Under the pieces are notes generated by a model. That model searched no databases. It had not been told where the DNA came from and was given only the letters and a program-made list of their open reading frames with translations. Below are positions 60,394-64,000 of a stretch of DNA of 64,000 bases, piece after piece. The position numbers and the translations under genes are program-made. The DNA is from Candidatus Hadarchaeota archaeon (GTDB lineage: Archaea; Hadarchaeota; Hadarchaeia; Hadarchaeales; JAGGTB01), in contig CAZKND010000001.1 of NCBI GenBank assembly GCA_964554215.1, positions 9,158 through 73,157 on the forward strand. The letters are read 5' to 3'. Every line of letters begins with the position of its first letter. Position 1 is the stretch's first letter.

Positions 60394-60786
60394 TTGAGTA
60401 TAAGACTGATCCTTAGTATACTTCTTATTCTCTCAATAATTGGATTTCTATTCTTTCTCTGGATTCGAAAAAGAAAGATTCGAAAGAAAAAAGAGGAGAT
60501 AGAAGAGCTGAAAGAGGATTTTCAAGGAGAAATTGACACAGAACCAGTAAATGAAGAAGACAAGAAGATTTTAGATGACATTGTAGAAAAAATAAAGAGC
60601 TCAACGGAGGAAGAAGGAAATACAGTAAAAATAGATATTAACGAAGATTGCGATATAAAAATAGTCACTCCTGACGTTATATCCATTGAAACGCCACAAA
60701 CGAGGCTACACAAATCGTTTAGCCAATTGAAATTCAAAAAAATAGAAGATTACAATCAAGGTAAGAAGATATACTTTAAGGAATAA
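60394..60786 (+). CDS. hypothetical small membrane-anchored protein (TTG start)
   Basis: N-terminal TM helix followed by a K/E-rich soluble part. Weak call. Confidence 0.3.
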   Translation: MSIRLILSILLILSIIGFLFFLWIRKRKIRKKKEEIEELKEDFQGEIDTEPVNEEDKKILDDIVEKIKSSTEEEGNTVKIDINEDCDIKIVTPDVISIETPQTRLHKSFSQLKFKKIEDYNQGKKIYFKE

Positions 60787-60817
60787 ATTAAGAAATCCAA
60801 ATCAAACTTCTAAGCTC

Positions 60818-61486
60818 TCAGGAAGGTTTTATCAAATGAAAACAGTTGCCATCGCTTTCTCCTATCCCTTTTCCCCCAGAAACTTCACAATTTGACATAA
60901 CGTTTTCTACTACCTCTTTATGCAAGTTACAAAGCTTATCAGAGATTTCGTCATCCAAAACATCATTATCTAGATTATTAAATACGCAATTTCTATATTC
61001 GACCTTAAAAAATCCATTTTCTTTCGATTTCTCAGGAAAGAAACCAAAATCATCTAGCGAATCTATAAATACTTCTAGTTTATCTTCTGTAGAAGAAAAT
61101 TCTCTATCTGGAGCCAAATTTTCCGCTAACCTAGAAGCAGCGCTCGTAAAGACCTTATCCAAAACTTCCTCATCTATTCTTTCCTGTAAATCATCAATCA
61201 TAAAGGAAAAAAGCTTACACGTCTTTTGAGGAAAAATATTGTTTCCCGATTCTGTCAAACTGTACATTTTCTTAGGTCGACCTTTAGAAGCTTTTTCAAA
61301 ATAGGGCTTAACTAAACCTTGATTCTGAAGTGTATCTAAATGGCGTCGAACAGCGCTTTCGTTTATTTCAAGTTTTTCTTCCAAATCAATGGCTGTTAAG
61401 TCTTTATTTAGCAAGTTACTCATTATTAGAGCCCGTGTATCGTTTAAAGGCACTCCTGTTATCTCTGAAAGGTCCATAGTTCTCAA
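60818..61486 (-). CDS. winged-helix (ArsR/TrmB-like) transcriptional regulator with a C-terminal Cys-containing domain
   Basis: LTAIDLEEKLEINESAVRRHLDTLQNQGLV wHTH. Located beside the cdh genes. Confidence 0.55.
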   Translation of the reverse strand: MRTMDLSEITGVPLNDTRALIMSNLLNKDLTAIDLEEKLEINESAVRRHLDTLQNQGLVKPYFEKASKGRPKKMYSLTESGNNIFPQKTCKLFSFMIDDLQERIDEEVLDKVFTSAASRLAENLAPDREFSSTEDKLEVFIDSLDDFGFFPEKSKENGFFKVEYRNCVFNNLDNDVLDDEISDKLCNLHKEVVENVMSNCEVSGGKGIGESDGNCFHLIKPS

Positions 61487-61612
61487 TTATTACTTTAAGC
61501 TGTTACCTTTATAATCCTTTACACACTATAACTACTGTAAAATTTACAAAACATTGCCAAGGCTTGCTATAAAACTTCAATAAATAAAATTCGATAGAAT
61601 ATTAAATCAAGC

Positions 61613-63013
61613 TCAATTAGAGCACCAATTCTCTTCTAGATACTCCTTGATTCCCGAAGAATCCTGAGAACCCACCATAGTCTCCCATTCTGATTTGTCT
61701 TCTATTTTTCCTGCTAATACTGCGGCAGGGCCGGGAAGAATAATTGTCCTATGGTCAATTTTTTCATCTAGATTCTCTTCCTCAATTGAATTAATAATCT
61801 TATCAGCAGTTAGTATATCCCCAGCAATTGAAGCCGTTACAGAAGTACCCCCAGTATCTACAGGATAGATATACACATCCAACCCCTCACAATCTCCTTC
61901 GACAGTATAATAAGTTAGAGCAAAATTAGTCGTGATTAATACTGGAGAATCTTTATCGGGCTCTCCCACCTCTTTTAACTCTGAATCAACATTGGCCGGA
62001 TTTCGAGGATCTTGATACAAATCCTGTCTCAAAACCAGAATCGGCATTAGAGACCATATCTCATCCGAATGGAAAATCAAAGCATCAGCCCCACTAGCCA
62101 TCATCGTTGCCCCAAGAGTGGCTTCCATGAAAGCGGCCTCATTTTCATCCTCTTCAATTAGCCATGAAGTAGCCGGTACTCCAAGAAGAGGATATCTTAA
62201 GAGATCAAACTTATCCTCTATCGCAGCTCTTCTCAACTCTATTATCCTATTTTGAGTTTCTCTAACATTTCTAGGATCCGTACCAAAATCCAACACAACC
62301 TTATCATCATCTAAACCTTCGGCTTTCGATTTTCTCGACAAATCTATCAAATCTTGAACTCTATCAGAACTTAGAACTAAAGGACAATCATTTTCAACTG
62401 CCAAATCCACTACTTTCTCCCAATTCTCAAGAGTCGCCCCATACAAAATGGGATTTTTATCTGCCAACCTATCGATACCCTCCTCAAGACTTTCACTATC
62501 AAAAGAACACAGAACTATCGGATAATCCGTATTCTTATTCACAACTTCTACCTTTTCTCCAAAAGTTTCAGGGTCACCGCTCTTAGCTCTGATAGCTATT
62601 GCATCAAAACTTAAACTCTCTCCTATTTTTTCTCTAGAATAATTAGAAACCAACTCCACTTTTCTTTTGATTTTTTCATCACTCATTTCATCATCAACGT
62701 CTACTATAATCGCAGTCTGATTGAACCAGGTTTTTTCATGTCTATACATGACGTCCTCACCACCAATCTCAAAGGAGTTTTCTCCACTACCAATCTCCAC
62801 AGTTTTCACAGGAGGAGTCAAAAGCTCTACCAACTTCCTCCTATCGCCCTTATACTCCTCTTCCTTAAGAACAGGGCAATCATCAACATCCGCTCTTCTC
62901 TCTAAAAGCTCAGTAGCAAAAGACATACAGTTATCAGATCCACAGTCTCCACAGTTCTCACCTGGCAAAAGTCTATAAATATCCATAGGTCCAACATCTG
63001 ACATTTTAACCAC
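61613..63013 (-). CDS. cdhE: CO dehydrogenase/acetyl-CoA synthase gamma subunit (corrinoid Fe-S protein large subunit)
   Basis: N-terminal LLPGENCGDCGSDNCMSFA [4Fe-4S] motif and a TIM-barrel pterin-binding-like body. 466 aa. Confidence 0.85.
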   Translation of the reverse strand: MVKMSDVGPMDIYRLLPGENCGDCGSDNCMSFATELLERRADVDDCPVLKEEEYKGDRRKLVELLTPPVKTVEIGSGENSFEIGGEDVMYRHEKTWFNQTAIIVDVDDEMSDEKIKRKVELVSNYSREKIGESLSFDAIAIRAKSGDPETFGEKVEVVNKNTDYPIVLCSFDSESLEEGIDRLADKNPILYGATLENWEKVVDLAVENDCPLVLSSDRVQDLIDLSRKSKAEGLDDDKVVLDFGTDPRNVRETQNRIIELRRAAIEDKFDLLRYPLLGVPATSWLIEEDENEAAFMEATLGATMMASGADALIFHSDEIWSLMPILVLRQDLYQDPRNPANVDSELKEVGEPDKDSPVLITTNFALTYYTVEGDCEGLDVYIYPVDTGGTSVTASIAGDILTADKIINSIEEENLDEKIDHRTIILPGPAAVLAGKIEDKSEWETMVGSQDSSGIKEYLEENWCSN

Positions 63014-63014
63014 C

Positions 63015-64000
63015 TCAAATCCCCTTTATCCAATTTTGATATCCAGAAACTTCTTCCCCACCTGACAAACGGTCAACCATCTTATTCAAAACATCTACAG
63101 CTCTAGGATGGAGGGCCATAAGAAGGTCTGAACCTGCCATAATCATTGATAATCCGGTAAGTGTCTCCCACAGTGGCCCCCTAAACTCTCTAGGGCCCCA
63201 ATCTTCATCATATTTCTCTTGAGGGACCTCATTGCCCATCCAAGATTCTCTAGCCCCCCACGCATTAGTCACCCCATTACTTATCGGTAAATCCAACTCA
63301 TTATCTCCTCCCAAACCAGCCAATCGAATCCTTTGAAGAACGGAAAAGGAATACTCTAAACCATAGCCCATAGCCGCCGTCGTCGGGTCCATCACTATCC
63401 TATTTTTATCCACCCCATAATTGATCAAACGTCTGTTAAGCTCCCTTTGAAGATTGATATCAAGAGTAGTCCAAGCCAAAATATTGTGTCCGTACTCCAT
63501 AGCTGCATCAGCTACAGTCCTCCAATCCAAATCCAATGTAGCAGAGGCCAGTAAACATTTCTCCCCTTCCGCTGCTTCGGCCGCCGCTTCTAAGACTTCA
63601 GGATCTTTTTTCGGGTTTCCACTCCCCCCTATTACCAGCGGAACATCAACAGCTTCGAGAACATCTTCCACAGTACTTGCCGCTTCTTTTGGGCTGGTGT
63701 CTTCCCCTTTCGGGTCAGTTGAAGTTAGGTGAAGAGTCACCATCTCAGCATCGTAGGTATTTACAGCTTTCTTTGCCCATTCTGCAGGATTTCCAATCAC
63801 GTCCTCATAATGTTTGCTTATCACACCCGGGAGAGGCTCTTCACGGTCAAAAATGTCAAAAGTAACTACCGGACTATGATCATTTTCTCCATCCGGATAA
63901 AATGGGAGTTGTTCCTCCCCTCCTAAAGTGAGAGTTGTTTTTCTAGTTCCCCCTTCCGAAGAAGTTGCACCCATCTGAACTTCTTCTATCTGATTGGACC
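63015..64000 (-). CDS. cdhD: CO dehydrogenase/acetyl-CoA synthase delta subunit (corrinoid Fe-S protein small subunit); N-terminus beyond the window
   Basis: Frame stays open to the window edge upstream of the track's ATG at 63974. Sequence matches CdhD/AcsD family proteins. Stop is 2 nt before the cdhE start. Confidence 0.8.
   Translation of the reverse strand, partial: SNQIEEVQMGATSSEGGTRKTTLTLGGEEQLPFYPDGENDHSPVVTFDIFDREEPLPGVISKHYEDVIGNPAEWAKKAVNTYDAEMVTLHLTSTDPKGEDTSPKEAASTVEDVLEAVDVPLVIGGSGNPKKDPEVLEAAAEAAEGEKCLLASATLDLDWRTVADAAMEYGHNILAWTTLDINLQRELNRRLINYGVDKNRIVMDPTTAAMGYGLEYSFSVLQRIRLAGLGGDNELDLPISNGVTNAWGARESWMGNEVPQEKYDEDWGPREFRGPLWETLTGLSMIMAGSDLLMALHPRAVDVLNKMVDRLSGGEEVSGYQNWIKGI

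Noticed and set aside
1-64000. tRNA, rRNA, CRISPR arrays and C/D-box sRNAs
   Set aside because: I scanned all intergenic gaps over 60 bp. I found no cloverleaf-compatible sequence (GTTCRANYC T-loop with matching acceptor stems), no direct-repeat and spacer arrays, and no convincing C box (RUGAUGA) with a D box (CUGA) at the right spacing. UGAUGA occurs at about 14077 and about 25381, but there is no CUGA downstream of either at 45-65 nt, nor k-turn partners.

Overview
This window looks like a chromosomal segment from an archaeon, AT-rich by eye (I estimate roughly 40% GC; I did not compute it). About 60 protein genes are tightly packed on both strands. Many genes have Shine-Dalgarno-like GGAGGTG sites, GTG/TTG starts are common, and intergenic regions carry TTTAAATA-type BRE/TATA boxes and T-run terminators.

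Most of the content is archaeal housekeeping:
- Replication and repair: PolB, RFC small and large subunits, Hel308, HerA-NurA.
- Translation and RNA modification: IleRS, GatDE, Nop5-fibrillarin, Elp3, a Trm5/Taw2-type tRNA methyltransferase, KptA, MetAP.
- Carbon and nucleotide metabolism: alpha-glucan phosphorylase, TreT-like trehalose synthase, GTP-PEPCK, PurA.
- A molybdenum-cofactor cluster: moaC-moaB-moeA-moeA-mobB-moaA.
- The start of a CODH/ACS operon (cdhD, cdhE) at the window end.
- Oxidative-stress proteins: superoxide reductase and a reverse rubrerythrin.
- Membrane and regulatory proteins: SPFH/NfeD, SppA, RDD, ParA, Lrp and Tfx.

Several things stand out:
1. A well-conserved heliorhodopsin gene at 38819-39577, in a genome that otherwise looks anaerobic.
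2. A diverged segmental duplication at 43.65-44.4 kb and 51.7-54.0 kb. The ancestral unit appears to be promoter, a 508-aa acidic protein, a 170-aa helical protein and an NAD-epimerase.
   - One copy has lost the 508-aa gene between 10-bp direct repeats.
   - The same copy has had its epimerase cut to a 31-codon remnant by a higher-GC insertion, which carries a divergent homolog of the same epimerase.
3. A 91-aa gene tightly bracketed by two 18-bp palindromes.
4. An ESCRT-III/Snf7-like coiled-coil ORF with no usable start codon for its N-terminus.
5. A lower-GC block of unknown secreted or membrane proteins at 31.7-34.9 kb.
6. A methionine aminopeptidase with a roughly 55-residue poly-acidic insertion.

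I found no rRNA, tRNA or CRISPR array.
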